This document shows, piece after piece, positions 21,038 to 31,412 of a DNA stretch of 64,000 nucleotides; positions within the stretch are counted from its first letter, which is position 1, and the number at the start of each line of letters is the position of its first letter. Source of the DNA: Cyanidioschyzon merolae (Eukaryota); NCBI GenBank assembly GCA_000091205.1, contig AP006487.2; one strand, 5' to 3'. The translations under genes were made by a program, and so were the position numbers. The notes beneath the pieces are model-generated. The model ran no database searches. It saw only the letters and a list, made by a program, of their open reading frames with translations, and was not told where the DNA came from.

Positions 21038-22183
21038 TTACGCAACGGGTCTCGAACCAATACCTCGGCGTTGAAAGTCGGCGATCATGGCATCGAGGCC
21101 CTCCTCGAGCGGGACGCGCGGCGCCCAGTCGAGGACGGTGCGCGCCAAATGGATATCCGGCTGTCGGCGACCGGGATCATCGGGTGTCGGCGGCAAATAC
21201 CGAATAGGTCCACTTTTCGGGAGCTTTCTTCGAACCAGTTCAGCGAGCTCCCGAACCGTGAACTCTGTTGGATTACCCAGGTTAACAGGACCAGTGATGC
21301 CCTCTGTATTCATGAGTCGGATCAGAGCGTCCACCAGGTCACTGACGAAACAGAACGAGCGTGTCTGGCTACCATCGCCAAAAATGGTCAGCTCCTCTCC
21401 GCGTAATGCCTGGCCCACAAAATTACTGACCACGCGCCCGTCATTTTCCACCATCCGTGGACCGTACGTATTGAAAATACGAGCGACTCGAATGTCGACA
21501 TGATGCTGACGATAATAGTCAAAGCAGAGCGTTTCTGCCACGCGCTTCCCCTCGTCGTAGCAAGAGCGCACACCGATTGGGTTGACGTTGCCCCAGTAGC
21601 TCTCTGGTTGTGGGTGTACCAGTGGGTCGCCGTACACCTCGCTGGTGCTTGCCAGCAGAAGTCGTGCACCGGTGCGTTTTGCGATACCGAGCATGTTCAA
21701 CGTGCCCAGGACATTGGTTTTAATGGTTTTGATCGCGTTGTACTTATAGTGAAGCGGTGAAGCGGGACACGCCAGATGGTAGATCTGGTCGACTTCCAGC
21801 ATGATGCGCTCCGTGACGTCGTGACGAATGAAGTCGAACCGCGGGTGTCCTATCCAGTGCGCAATGTTCTCCTTGGTACCAGTGAACAACGAATCAAGAA
21901 CAATGACCTCGTGACCAAGCTCCATCAGATGGTCAACTAGGTTCGAGCCGATGAATCCCGCTCCACCGGTAACGAGGATTCGTTGACGCTCTGGGGTGCG
22001 GTTGGGGGCGTGCTGGGCCCTCCAGACCGCCGTGGTGTCTATTGGCGGGACACGTTCATCAGGGTGCGGTGAAACCGACGGTGTCATTGGAGTGGTTATT
22101 CGTGCGTATGCGGTAAAGCCCGAGAGTGAACGTGAGCGCGCCACGAAGCAAAAAAACACCTCTTTAGTCTCGTGGCAGGGCAA
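21038..22183 (-). CDS. UXS1: UDP-glucuronic acid decarboxylase (UDP-xylose synthase)
   Basis: 381-aa [15 protein letters not shown], then ...Y..K........VYGDP...PQ.E.YWG.VNP.G.R.CYDEGKR.AE.L...Y....[22 protein letters not shown]. This is the extended-SDR UXS family signature throughout. Confidence 0.9.
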   Translation of the reverse strand: MPCHETKEVFFCFVARSRSLSGFTAYARITTPMTPSVSPHPDERVPPIDTTAVWRAQHAPNRTPERQRILVTGGAGFIGSNLVDHLMELGHEVIVLDSLFTGTKENIAHWIGHPRFDFIRHDVTERIMLEVDQIYHLACPASPLHYKYNAIKTIKTNVLGTLNMLGIAKRTGARLLLASTSEVYGDPLVHPQPESYWGNVNPIGVRSCYDEGKRVAETLCFDYYRQHHVDIRVARIFNTYGPRMVENDGRVVSNFVGQALRGEELTIFGDGSQTRSFCFVSDLVDALIRLMNTEGITGPVNLGNPTEFTVRELAELVRRKLPKSGPIRYLPPTPDDPGRRQPDIHLARTVLDWAPRVPLEEGLDAMIADFQRRGIGSRPVA

Positions 22184-22222
22184 ACTTGTCGCGAGTGCAA
22201 CGGCGCGTGTGCGCGCGCGTAC

Positions 22223-22478
22223 GCGCGTATTGTGCTGGTATCGACTCGCATGTAGACTGCGCGTATTGTGCTGGTATCGACTCGCATGTAGACTGCGCGT
22301 ATTGTGCTGGTATCGACTCGCATGTAGACTGCGCGTATTGTGCTGGTATCGACTCGCATGTAGGCTGCGCGTATTGTGCTGGTATCGACTCGCATTTAGG
22401 CTGCGCGTATTGTGCTGGTATCGACTCGCATGTAGGCTGCGCGTATTGTGCTGGTATCGACTCGCATGTCGGTCTCGT
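22223..22478. repeat. Minisatellite, 36-bp unit x 7, immediately upstream (40 bp) of the UXS ORF start
   Basis: gcgtattgtgctggtatcgactcgcatgtagactgc is repeated at 22225, 22261, 22297, 22333, 22369, 22405 and 22441, with terminal-unit variants (taggctgc, ttaggctgc, tcggtctcg). Confidence 0.9.
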
Positions 22479-23529
22479 GACAGGAGTTTTGTGCGATCCA
22501 GTGCGAGGTTTCGCGGGAGGCGTCACGAGCGCAGGGCGTATGCCGTCAGCAGCCACGAAACGTTCAGAACAGCGTTCAACGCTGAGCGTTCTATTATGAT
22601 GTCAAGGGCTTAGATGCGTGAAAGATGTGGTAGTGGTCCATCGGAAGTTCAGGTGCAGATCCGTTTGAGAGAATTTTTCCTGTTTAATCTTTGGGAACTG
22701 TGAAGTTCGGACAAGTCAACTTTGAAGACCTAGATTGTTCCACCTGCAGATCGCAATCAAACAGAAACGTTTTGAGTTTGCATAGGCGCGCATGGATCGG
22801 GGCACTGGAGCAAACAGCCAGATCCGTCGATACGGCATCCTTTGTGCAAACTGCCTGACGAGGTGTGCGCGTCGTGGACGCAGAGAGCACAGGGGCACCC
22901 GACCGAGCGACTATCCACCGCGTATCTACACCCAAACTGAAACAAAATAGATCGCGTCTAGTTGTATAATTGTGGCGTAAACGCTAATGTTTGGGAGGCT
23001 CTCCACTGACCGTACCGCTAGATACTACAGGATTCGGATACGAATGCTTCATTTTTCGCTTTGTCAAATTCGAGTTTACATACACCGGCCTCTCCTTTGT
23101 TTCCGGTTTCGTTGGCAGCATTCAAGGGATGCTGATGGCATCGTTAAAGTCTCGCTTTCGCAGCTTTCGGCTGTTGTCGGCATATTCCGTCCAGAGACGG
23201 TCGTTGCGGTTAGAGTTTTGCTTACCGTACACATCTCTATGATGCTCAGCTTCGGTGCGTGCTTTGCAGCGGTAACACATGGATGTGGCCGGGAATTCTC
23301 ATCCATCGACCACACCTCCATGTTCTCCGAGCATTGCCTTATACCGCATGAACGTTTACACCATCGTTCGATACATGCCCTTGACGGGTACTGGAGGCTT
23401 CCGAAGATGTACTCGCGGGCGTCCGCGCCCGACGCATCACGGTGCGGTCACGAGCTCCTTCCAGGCGATGCCTTTGGCGAGTGCTTTATCGGTTGATCCA
23501 GCCAGCGCATGCAGGCGCATTCGATAGAG

Positions 23530-23680
23530 GATTTGCGAAATGCGATGTTGTTCATTGTGAGACGATTACAGTAAGGAAAATTTGGGTTGGAGATCAAGTC
23601 AAGAGTTTCGGAACCGTCTACACCCGCTTTGCAGAAAAAAAGCGGTAACGCAATATCCACAAGAAACGATCGCTACGATG
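23530..23680 (+). repeat. Degraded fragment of dispersed repeat family 1
   Basis: ggttggagatcaagtcaagagtttcggaaccgtctacacccgctt...acaagaaacgatcgct aligns with copy A ggctggagatcaagtcgagagatttcgatcggtctacacttgctt...acaagaagtgatcgct at about 70% identity. Confidence 0.45.
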
Positions 23681-25828
23681 GTTCAAGACCGATTCCCGGA
23701 CCTTTCTCCATACAATGGAGCGGGAGCCTCTGGGAGCATACGCTCTCCAAGGCAATGCGTTGCTGTGGAATGCGGTGTCAGTGACGGCTACTAAGGGAGG
23801 AGCATTTGTCCTCCGAACGAACTCGATCATATGACCTGGAACTTGCAGTGAATTGTGGGCATGAGCTCGTGAAGCGGTCATCCATGGTTTGCATCGGCCT
23901 TAGGTCGTCCCCGGTCCAGCAGCGCGAATCGGTGCGCCTACGAGTCGCTTTGGACGAGAGGGATCGAATACTTGAGGATCTAGTAGTTTGAGCATTCTAT
24001 AAGTAACGATCGGAAATGAATCAATACTTTTAAGTATAAATAGGAGAGCGATATCGCTGATTTCACGATTTCTCGTACAAGGGCGTCGCGAATCAGCTTG
24101 ATCCCGGTAATGAATTCCATCCGCAAAGCGTCGATAGAACCACTCAGAAAAGACAACTGAAGGTCCTCAGACCAAGTGTGTATGCTTAAGCCTTTATTGC
24201 TGTACTTTGAAAGTCGATGGTTTACCGCTATATAGTGTAAAACGAAGAACGTTTCACGACCATGGAGGGTAGACACGTATACCCAAGCACTGACGCCTCC
24301 TATTCTTTTCGGACTGGCCGCCTGCGATCAGGTTCAGGTTTTATGCGGGTACTCTTCGAGTCCGAGGGACTGTCCGACGAATTTGTATCGCGTCAGCTTC
24401 GCGGGCCTCTCAGTCAGCACCGTGCATTTCCTGATATTGAAGGCGGCGTTCAAGGCTCGATTCACTCCCTCCGTGCGTGCGCTGCCTCCGGTGGAACGCA
24501 CCAGCGTAAGAATTCCACGAATTCGTGCCCGCCGTTCCATTTGGTGCTCTGCCAGCGCTCCGCGCGTTTCTAGCACTGAAGCGCTCCGCTGCTGTCCTGC
24601 ATCAAGTCTTTGCGAAGCGTAAACCCACGCTTATTCCTTATTCGTTTTGAAAATCAACGCGTTTTTCTGCGTTTAAGTGAGACCCTGCCTGGATCGAGGA
24701 AGATTTGCATAAGAAAGACGACACTTGCTCCGGTGTCACCGGGTGCTGAACGCCTCAGCGATTCGCCCAGGGGGACGCTCATTACTTTTCTCGATAGCAA
24801 ATACGCCTTCGATACAGTTGCAACATAGAGTGTACAGAGGAATGGAACGCAGCTCCACCCCCGATAGAATCCGCAAAATCTCGAATGCGAAGGGAATCGT
24901 GAAATTCCACGTCGACCAACAGAAGGACATCCGAAGATATCAGGGAAAAAGTCTTTCGTGATTTGATGAATTGTTTGGAGCTGCTGGATGAGCCTTCGCT
25001 ACGGGCGAAACTGGTGCCGCCAAAAGAATCCACTGCCGCTGGGACAGTTGATGATGCCATAGTTCTCTTCGCGTTCGACCGTGTCTAGAACAGGCTCCCG
25101 CTCCGCGAGTACCCGTATACGCTCCGGCCTTATTATCCGAGGCGAGTGTCATCGGCTGGAAGAACCAACGTGCCTGTAATTCATAACGATCGCGCCGTTC
25201 CAGGAACACTTTAGTAGTTGCGATGTCGGTGGAAGATGGCAGTACGTGAACTACAACTTTGTTTTGCGATTGTGCCCCAGTGTTTTCAGGACCACAAGGT
25301 CAAGCTATTGAGAAACAGAGACGACCGTGGTTACAAGGATCGTCGCTTTTGCTTTACCCACGGTGATTTATGGGTCGTTTTTTCACTTGACCGCAAGCAT
25401 TGTCTAACAATATCGGATTTTGGCGCTGAGCCCATCTACTCGCTTCTTTCATTTCCCTCAACCATCTGAGTCCTGTGTTCTGACTGACCTGAACACGGAT
25501 TGCAGATCTCCGTGCGCTGTCCAGTAAAGAATATGTATCCTTCAGACGATTCGTCTACGATCTATACGATTCAATGCACCGTGATTTCGCTCTCCATCTA
25601 GCCATCGCATCAGAGGGGAAGCAAAATTGTGCTGAACGACGAGAGGCCAGTACCGACCGGAACGCCGACAAAACGCTTTCCTGGGCGCTGCAGCCCAGTG
25701 CTTCAAGCGAAATGGGGGCCACCGAGCAGCGGACCCAGAGCTTCTAGCCTTTCGGACCCCTTTTCATTCTTTACGAGTATCGCTGGCTGAGCGCGGACGT
25801 CTTCGTTGTCTCACCGAGAACAACCCGG

Positions 25829-27880
25829 TTACGCATGGTCCCAGTTCGCCTCCGCGAGGGCGCGAGCTTTCTGCACCCGTTCTCGAAGGCGTCGCAGTCG
25901 TGGCAGATAACCGGAAGCATCTGGGCTGGTTAAAATTGTTGCTGTCGACGAGACCGCCTCCGACGGTTGTGACGGACCTGCTGTGGAAGCGCGACCCAGA
26001 CGCGAGCCTGCCTCTGACAGCGCTCCGTTCTCGGTCGCTGCCCTCGAGTCAGGTCCTGGTCTTGCGGCACCGAAACGCGTGAGGCGCTCGAGTCCCTGCT
26101 GCAGTTGCGGCGTCGGCGGGCTAGAGCGCCCTGTGCTAACCTTCCTCAGTGCGACCCGAGCGGGACGATTCGTCACCGAGCTGTTGTCGAGCCTGGAATC
26201 GGCCTCGTCGTGCTCGCTGCATACCACAGACAGACCCGCCTCAGGTGCAGCCTCAGGTGAGCGCGACAGTCTCCGAGACAGAATCCCCGGGCTACGATGC
26301 AGTCGCGGCGGTGAAGAGCCTGCTGGCACCTCGGTATGCTCCGCTTTTGGCGCTGTGCTCTGTGCTGCGACGCTTGCCGCTGCTGGTGTATGCTGGACGC
26401 CCGTATTCGTGGTGGCACGTTTCGTTTTGTTGGTTGCATTTTCAGGGGCATGCAATTCCTTACTCCCTCCTGAGGCATCGCGCACATGTATCGGACGGTT
26501 TGTGTTGACAACGGCCTTGGTGCTGCTCGAGTCGGGCGACCGGGTGCGAGCAGATAGAGAGGGTGCCGGCCGGGTGCGTTGCAGTTGGCTGGCTTCCGTC
26601 TTTCGCCCACGGTGCGAGTCGAGCGCGCTTGTCAACGGCATTTGAGGCTTTGCGGAGTGCTGCTCTTTGGACTTTTCCTCCTTATCTCCATGTGCTGTAC
26701 GAATGGGCGCTTCTGCCTTCGCTTTGGTCGCTGGCGTGCGCAGTGGAGCAGCTTCGATGGTGCCTCCGGACGCTGCGCTCGTCAAGATCATCTCGCGTTT
26801 CACCGTATCCTCTACTTGTTCCAGTATCTGCGAACGCTGAGCCCGCAAATCCGATGATCCTGAATGAGATTCCCCGACCGCAGTCTGCACCATTTGCCGC
26901 CCGGCTTCATGCCGCTTTGCAGCGCTCCGCCCCGTGCTGAGTCGAGTCACAGGATCATTCGTATCGATACCCACAACAGTCGCTCTGGTCTGTGACGACG
27001 CCAGGCGACGACTTGGCGGCAGGGTGGCAGTTTCGCCACGCGCCGATGATACCCCGCTCCTTGGCATGCGAGGGCGCGACGAGCCGCGGGTAGACGAAAC
27101 GTGCTCCTGCGCTTGCACTGCGTCTCGCGTCGCTTTACTAGGTTTGGGCTCGGGGAGCAAGAAGCGCTCGCGCAACACGTTCTCGATTTCGAGCGCCTCT
27201 CGAAGCCACCGACGGACACGAAGAATCGACGCTTCTACTCGCTGCATTGTGTCCGTATCATCGTTAGGCTCGCCGATTTGCCATAGCTGCTCCTGTTCGA
27301 GCACTAAAGACCATTGTTGGCAACGAGAAATCGTCTCTTGCAGTTCTTCGCGCATGATCTGCAGCGCTTTCTCGATCCTGGTTTTGAGAGCACCATATGC
27401 TCCGTCTTCAGCCCCAGTACGAGGCAGGTCGGCTCGGTTTCCGTGAGGGTGCTCAGTAAGGGCTTGGTGTTGGAGCGGTGCCTTGTGAGGGGCTCCAAAA
27501 GAAGCACCTGCAGCACTGCTGCCAGGGCGCTGTGCTTGGGCTTCCCCAGAAGGCTGTTTTTGAAGCACTGTCGCTTGAATCGTACCAGGGCGACTATCCC
27601 CAGTCTGGACGCGTGTTTTAGGTTCCGCATGCTCGGGTTCCAGCGCGAATCGACCACTGTGAGGTACCGCAAACGCCTGAAATAGAGCGGGCGGTATTCG
27701 ATACACCGGTCCGCGTAGGATCGGCACTGGACGTCCCGAATTCGCCCCGAGGAAACTAGGAGACTTTCTGTCAGAGGGAGCCGCCTCTGTACTTAGTTTC
27801 CTCGTGTTTGACTCATCCCGAAGTCCATTCTCTTCATAAACGCTGAACCAAGCGTGAAAGGGGAGCACGCGGCAAGCCAT
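25829..27880 (-). CDS. Hypothetical low-complexity (S/A/P/R-rich) protein with a central coiled-coil-like region; no recognisable domain
   Basis: 683-aa uninterrupted ORF in GC-rich DNA. The antisense ORFs are much shorter. No motif was recognised. Confidence 0.4.
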   Translation of the reverse strand: MACRVLPFHAWFSVYEENGLRDESNTRKLSTEAAPSDRKSPSFLGANSGRPVPILRGPVYRIPPALFQAFAVPHSGRFALEPEHAEPKTRVQTGDSRPGTIQATVLQKQPSGEAQAQRPGSSAAGASFGAPHKAPLQHQALTEHPHGNRADLPRTGAEDGAYGALKTRIEKALQIMREELQETISRCQQWSLVLEQEQLWQIGEPNDDTDTMQRVEASILRVRRWLREALEIENVLRERFLLPEPKPSKATRDAVQAQEHVSSTRGSSRPRMPRSGVSSARGETATLPPSRRLASSQTRATVVGIDTNDPVTRLSTGRSAAKRHEAGRQMVQTAVGESHSGSSDLRAQRSQILEQVEDTVKREMILTSAASGGTIEAAPLRTPATKAKAEAPIRTAHGDKEEKSKEQHSAKPQMPLTSALDSHRGRKTEASQLQRTRPAPSLSARTRSPDSSSTKAVVNTNRPIHVRDASGGSKELHAPENATNKTKRATTNTGVQHTPAAASVAAQSTAPKAEHTEVPAGSSPPRLHRSPGILSRRLSRSPEAAPEAGLSVVCSEHDEADSRLDNSSVTNRPARVALRKVSTGRSSPPTPQLQQGLERLTRFGAARPGPDSRAATENGALSEAGSRLGRASTAGPSQPSEAVSSTATILTSPDASGYLPRLRRLRERVQKARALAEANWDHA

Positions 27881-27927
27881 GGCGACAAGGCGAAAGCATT
27901 TTTTGGCGCGCTTTCCTGGCGCTCTGC

Positions 27928-29376
27928 ATGGCCAGTGACGCTACTGTGGAACGCGTGGACGAGGCGTTGACTGCCCAGGTTCGGGTGTGTCTTCAGCGGC
28001 TTGAAGCTATCATCAACGACTCAGAACAGGCAAGTGACCATCAGTTTGTGCATGGGTCATATAGCGATCCGGCGGGAACCGGAGACTGTCCCGCACCTGG
28101 TGGCGAGGCGGGCGAACACCCGCGGGTTGACAGTCTAGCGACTATTTCGAGCGTGCTAGCCTCGCTGCGGGACTTGCGCAGCCAGCTTGCCGCTGTCCTC
28201 CGCGCAGGTGCATCCCTGGAAACAGCTGCTGCTCTTGATGGTGAACACGGCTCAGTGCGTCAGCAGCTTGCTTTGCGTGCGGAGCTAGAGGCGTCCCAGT
28301 CGCTGGTTTGGGCACTGCAGCGCGAGCTCAAGGCACGCACAGAGGTAGCAGAACGCTGGCGACTTCGTGCTATCGAAAGTGAGAAAGCGCGGGCTACTCT
28401 TGAAGTTCGATACCAGGCACTGAAAAGGACATGGGAAGCTGCTCAGGGGCAGGCTCAGCCTGAGGGTTGCCTCTTTCCGCAACAGGCTACAGCGTCGCAC
28501 GACTCGCACGGATCGAGGCGCTTGCCGGCTGATTCGAAGGATTCCGGCACTGCAACTGCATATAGAACGATGCATGATGCTGCAGATACTTCGAGTGAGC
28601 GGCACGATGGCACCCAAGTCTCGAGTTTGGGTGCTGATGCGGTAACGTCAACAGAACACGCGACGGTGGAGCGCGCGCTAGCGGCTGCGCAGTCCCTGGA
28701 CCGGCCTGCACTTTTGCTGCAGTTACGTACTCTATACCGGGAAAGAGAAGCGTTGGCTGCTGCACTGGCCCAGGCAGAGGACAGACTCGGGCGAGGTGCC
28801 TTCGATCCGGAGCGCTATCGGCTGTGGCATCCGCGTAAGGCACCGCCCCAGCTCGGCACGGTGTCGGCACGTGAAGGCACCACGACAATGCCGAATACCA
28901 CGACGACGAGCACGAACAAAATGAAAGCAACAACAACAACAACAACAACAGCAGATAGATCCTCAAAAACGGAGTCGCCCGCTCCAAGCGTGGACTCAGG
29001 TGCCGGGGATGACGAAGCGACTGGTCACCATATGGATCCCTGGAAGCTCGTTCAGCGGACGCGTGAAGCTGCGCGAGCGAAAATCCAACAAGTTGTCGAA
29101 TCTATTTACTATCTCTTCGGTTGGCGATTACGTATCGCTGGCTCTGTTTACACACTGGAAAGCCTCTATGCAGAAAATGCGGATGACAAGATCCAGTTTC
29201 ATCGCAATGAACGAGGTGCTTTCGAGCTGATGGCCACGGATTTTGTCCAGCGTGCTCTTCGAGCTGAAGTGGAGACGCTCCTATGCCAAATGGATTCCAT
29301 CCCAGCTTTTTTGGCGACGGTTCAGCTGCAGTTATTTGAACAGAGCACCGCGGTCACTGGAATTGCGTCTGGGTAG
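27928..29376 (+). CDS. MAD1: Spindle-assembly-checkpoint protein MAD1
   Basis: 482-aa ORF. The C-terminus YYLFGWRLRIAGSVYTLESLYAENADDKIQFHRNERGAFELMATDFVQRALRAEVETLLCQMDSIPAFLATVQLQLFEQSTAV is colinear with the human MAD1 C-terminal domain ([33 protein letters not shown]...[43 protein letters not shown]). The N-terminal two-thirds is coiled-coil-like. Confidence 0.75.
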   Translation: MASDATVERVDEALTAQVRVCLQRLEAIINDSEQASDHQFVHGSYSDPAGTGDCPAPGGEAGEHPRVDSLATISSVLASLRDLRSQLAAVLRAGASLETAAALDGEHGSVRQQLALRAELEASQSLVWALQRELKARTEVAERWRLRAIESEKARATLEVRYQALKRTWEAAQGQAQPEGCLFPQQATASHDSHGSRRLPADSKDSGTATAYRTMHDAADTSSERHDGTQVSSLGADAVTSTEHATVERALAAAQSLDRPALLLQLRTLYREREALAAALAQAEDRLGRGAFDPERYRLWHPRKAPPQLGTVSAREGTTTMPNTTTTSTNKMKATTTTTTTADRSSKTESPAPSVDSGAGDDEATGHHMDPWKLVQRTREAARAKIQQVVESIYYLFGWRLRIAGSVYTLESLYAENADDKIQFHRNERGAFELMATDFVQRALRAEVETLLCQMDSIPAFLATVQLQLFEQSTAVTGIASG

Positions 29377-30236
29377 ATTCCGCATGGGCGACGTGCCTCT
29401 TGCGACAGCCGCAGATGAGCGGTTCACGGCACCTGCAGCCGATCTGCTGGTGCAGGCTGTATCATCGCTGCCGGCAGCATGCGTATTGGGAATATCGAGC
29501 GATGCATCTTCATGATAAACCATAGCGGCAGGCATACGAGAGATATGATGGACACCCGGGGCATCATGGGCGCGCTTTTTCATCATAAACAGCAGCCGCA
29601 TACCATGGAGCGCTATTCAAAACCCCGCTGTAGATGCGAGCGTTGCTCTTGTCGGCGTCCGCGAACCCCGGAGTTGGATTGGTGTGTCAAGCTCATGGTT
29701 GCTGATGCATTGATCCACAGACCAGGGATCCATCAGATTCATAGCGTCCATTCGGAGCGCATACACATAGTTTTCCATGAACGCTTGCTTGCAGCAGGCT
29801 CGCTGGCGCAGCGGCACCGAGGAGTGAACAAGGCCTTGAACCGACCTAGTCGCTCGGTGTAACCTCGAGGCTCGAGACCGACTCGACTACAGCAGTGAAC
29901 TAGTCGTTCTATGTTTGCTTTTAGAATTACTCGCCGAACGTTTTCTTAGATGTGCTGCCTTGAAATTCGAAGAGCTGCAGTCGAGGATGACGGACTCAGA
30001 CGTAGTGTCAGGGGGGTGCGGTCGTCTTTTCGGAGTGGCGCTTTCGACGTTTTGACGCTGGGATTCCTTACGTCGTCGAAATCCAGGTGATTGGCGATGT
30101 CTTCGAACCGGGACTCGTCAGATTACCGAATTCGTACCCAACGGATCGATAGAAGTTTCATTTCATCTCCTCTGCCTGATTGTAGCGTGTTCATATCAAG
30201 CATTCTTCAAGGTTTCAATCTTCCTGGTTCAAGGTA

Positions 30237-30893
30237 ATGCATGGAGCCAGCAACTCGTGCAAATTCGTTGACGATGCAAAAAATGGACGTCGAGCACTGA
30301 AGGCCTGTTCACAAGCTCATGTCGACAGTTCACAGAAAGTTCCACGTCCTATAATCGAATCCGGCCGAGAGACGAATACTCTTGTGTTTGTGCCCATCGG
30401 CGAAACCGCATTTCACAGCAGCATGATACGTCCCACGAGCTATACTCCTAAAGACCTCTGTCTTTATTGTCTGTATGGTAAAGGGTCTTGGACTCGGACT
30501 TGGGTTATCGAAGCGATCGCTTCCCGTGCAGCGTGCGTCGTCGGTTCGCACGAAGACAGCGTAGACGATTCGCAATTTCTCAACTTGATATCCAGCCTCA
30601 TTTCGCCTTCTCCTCCTTGTTTCATCATGGATAGCATCGCGTTCCATGAATCCTCTGTCGAGTGCGACGTCGGGCACTTGTGTGTACAGCGCACAGAGCG
30701 CTCGCCTATGGGAACGCTCAGAACACGATCGGGAGTCTACGGCAGGGCACTCAGTGCGGGTACAGTGAAGGGTAACAATTGGATCCATCAGTGTCCATCA
30801 AGAGCATATACTGAGCGATGCCGTGTGTCCTTACGCGGGACCAGGGGGCTCTTGAAGGAACAGGAGCTGTGGTGGACATATTCCAGCTGCTGA
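30237..30893 (+). CDS. Hypothetical protein (ORF only, no homology recognised)
   Basis: 218-aa ORF in an otherwise empty 2-kb interval; weak support. Confidence 0.2.
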   Translation: MHGASNSCKFVDDAKNGRRALKACSQAHVDSSQKVPRPIIESGRETNTLVFVPIGETAFHSSMIRPTSYTPKDLCLYCLYGKGSWTRTWVIEAIASRAACVVGSHEDSVDDSQFLNLISSLISPSPPCFIMDSIAFHESSVECDVGHLCVQRTERSPMGTLRTRSGVYGRALSAGTVKGNNWIHQCPSRAYTERCRVSLRGTRGLLKEQELWWTYSSC

Positions 30894-30937
30894 CCAGGGT
30901 CGTGTGTCGTAGCTGCCAGGGGCGTACCACGGCTGCC

Positions 30938-31110
30938 ACCAGAGAAGACGAAAATGGCAAGTAAGGTGCAGATCGCAACTATTACCCGTGCATCCAGTGT
31001 GTTGACGCCGTCCGGAGGCCGAGGCTGTCTCCAGAGCAGACGAAAACGGCTAGTAAAGTGCAGATCGCAACTATTACCCGCACATCCAGTGCGTTGACGT
31101 CGTCCGAACG
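30938..31110. repeat. Tandem duplication, about 92-bp unit x 2
   Basis: agacgaaaatggcaagtaaggtgcagatcgcaactattacccgtgcatccagtgtgttgacgccgtccg at 30946 is repeated with about 8 mismatches at 31038. Confidence 0.8.
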
Positions 31111-31412
31111 CATCAGAATCGGCACTTGAACGCTGTTATCAACATCCGTCGACTGCTGGCACCGAAGCTGGAGACACAAGTGCGACCGGCTTCATTAAAG
31201 CAAAAGCTGCGAGATAGAGAAAGGAAGCAGCACAAGAAACAGTACGCAGAGGCTGGGGCTGATAACAGTTGAACGAGACACAACATTTAGAATACGCCCT
31301 AGTTCGAGGTCCGCCTCTATCTCATGGTGATACGCGTAGAGCTACAATCTCCTGGACGGCAACAATTCGAACAGCCAAAGCAGCATAAACCCCATTTTTT
31401 TCTGGGATCGCA

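Noticed and set aside
20527-22478. Regular tandem arrays considered as possible CRISPR arrays
   Set aside because: Units are contiguous, with no unique spacers between repeats. There are no cas genes, and the context is eukaryotic, with proteasome, PLK, MAD1 and UBA2 genes. These are minisatellites.
22186-22599. ORFs in both orientations encoding 12-aa tandem peptide repeats (for example [12 protein letters not shown] x7)
   Set aside because: Generated by the 36-bp minisatellite, whose period is a multiple of 3. There is no evidence they are translated. Treated as a repeat, not a repeat-protein gene.
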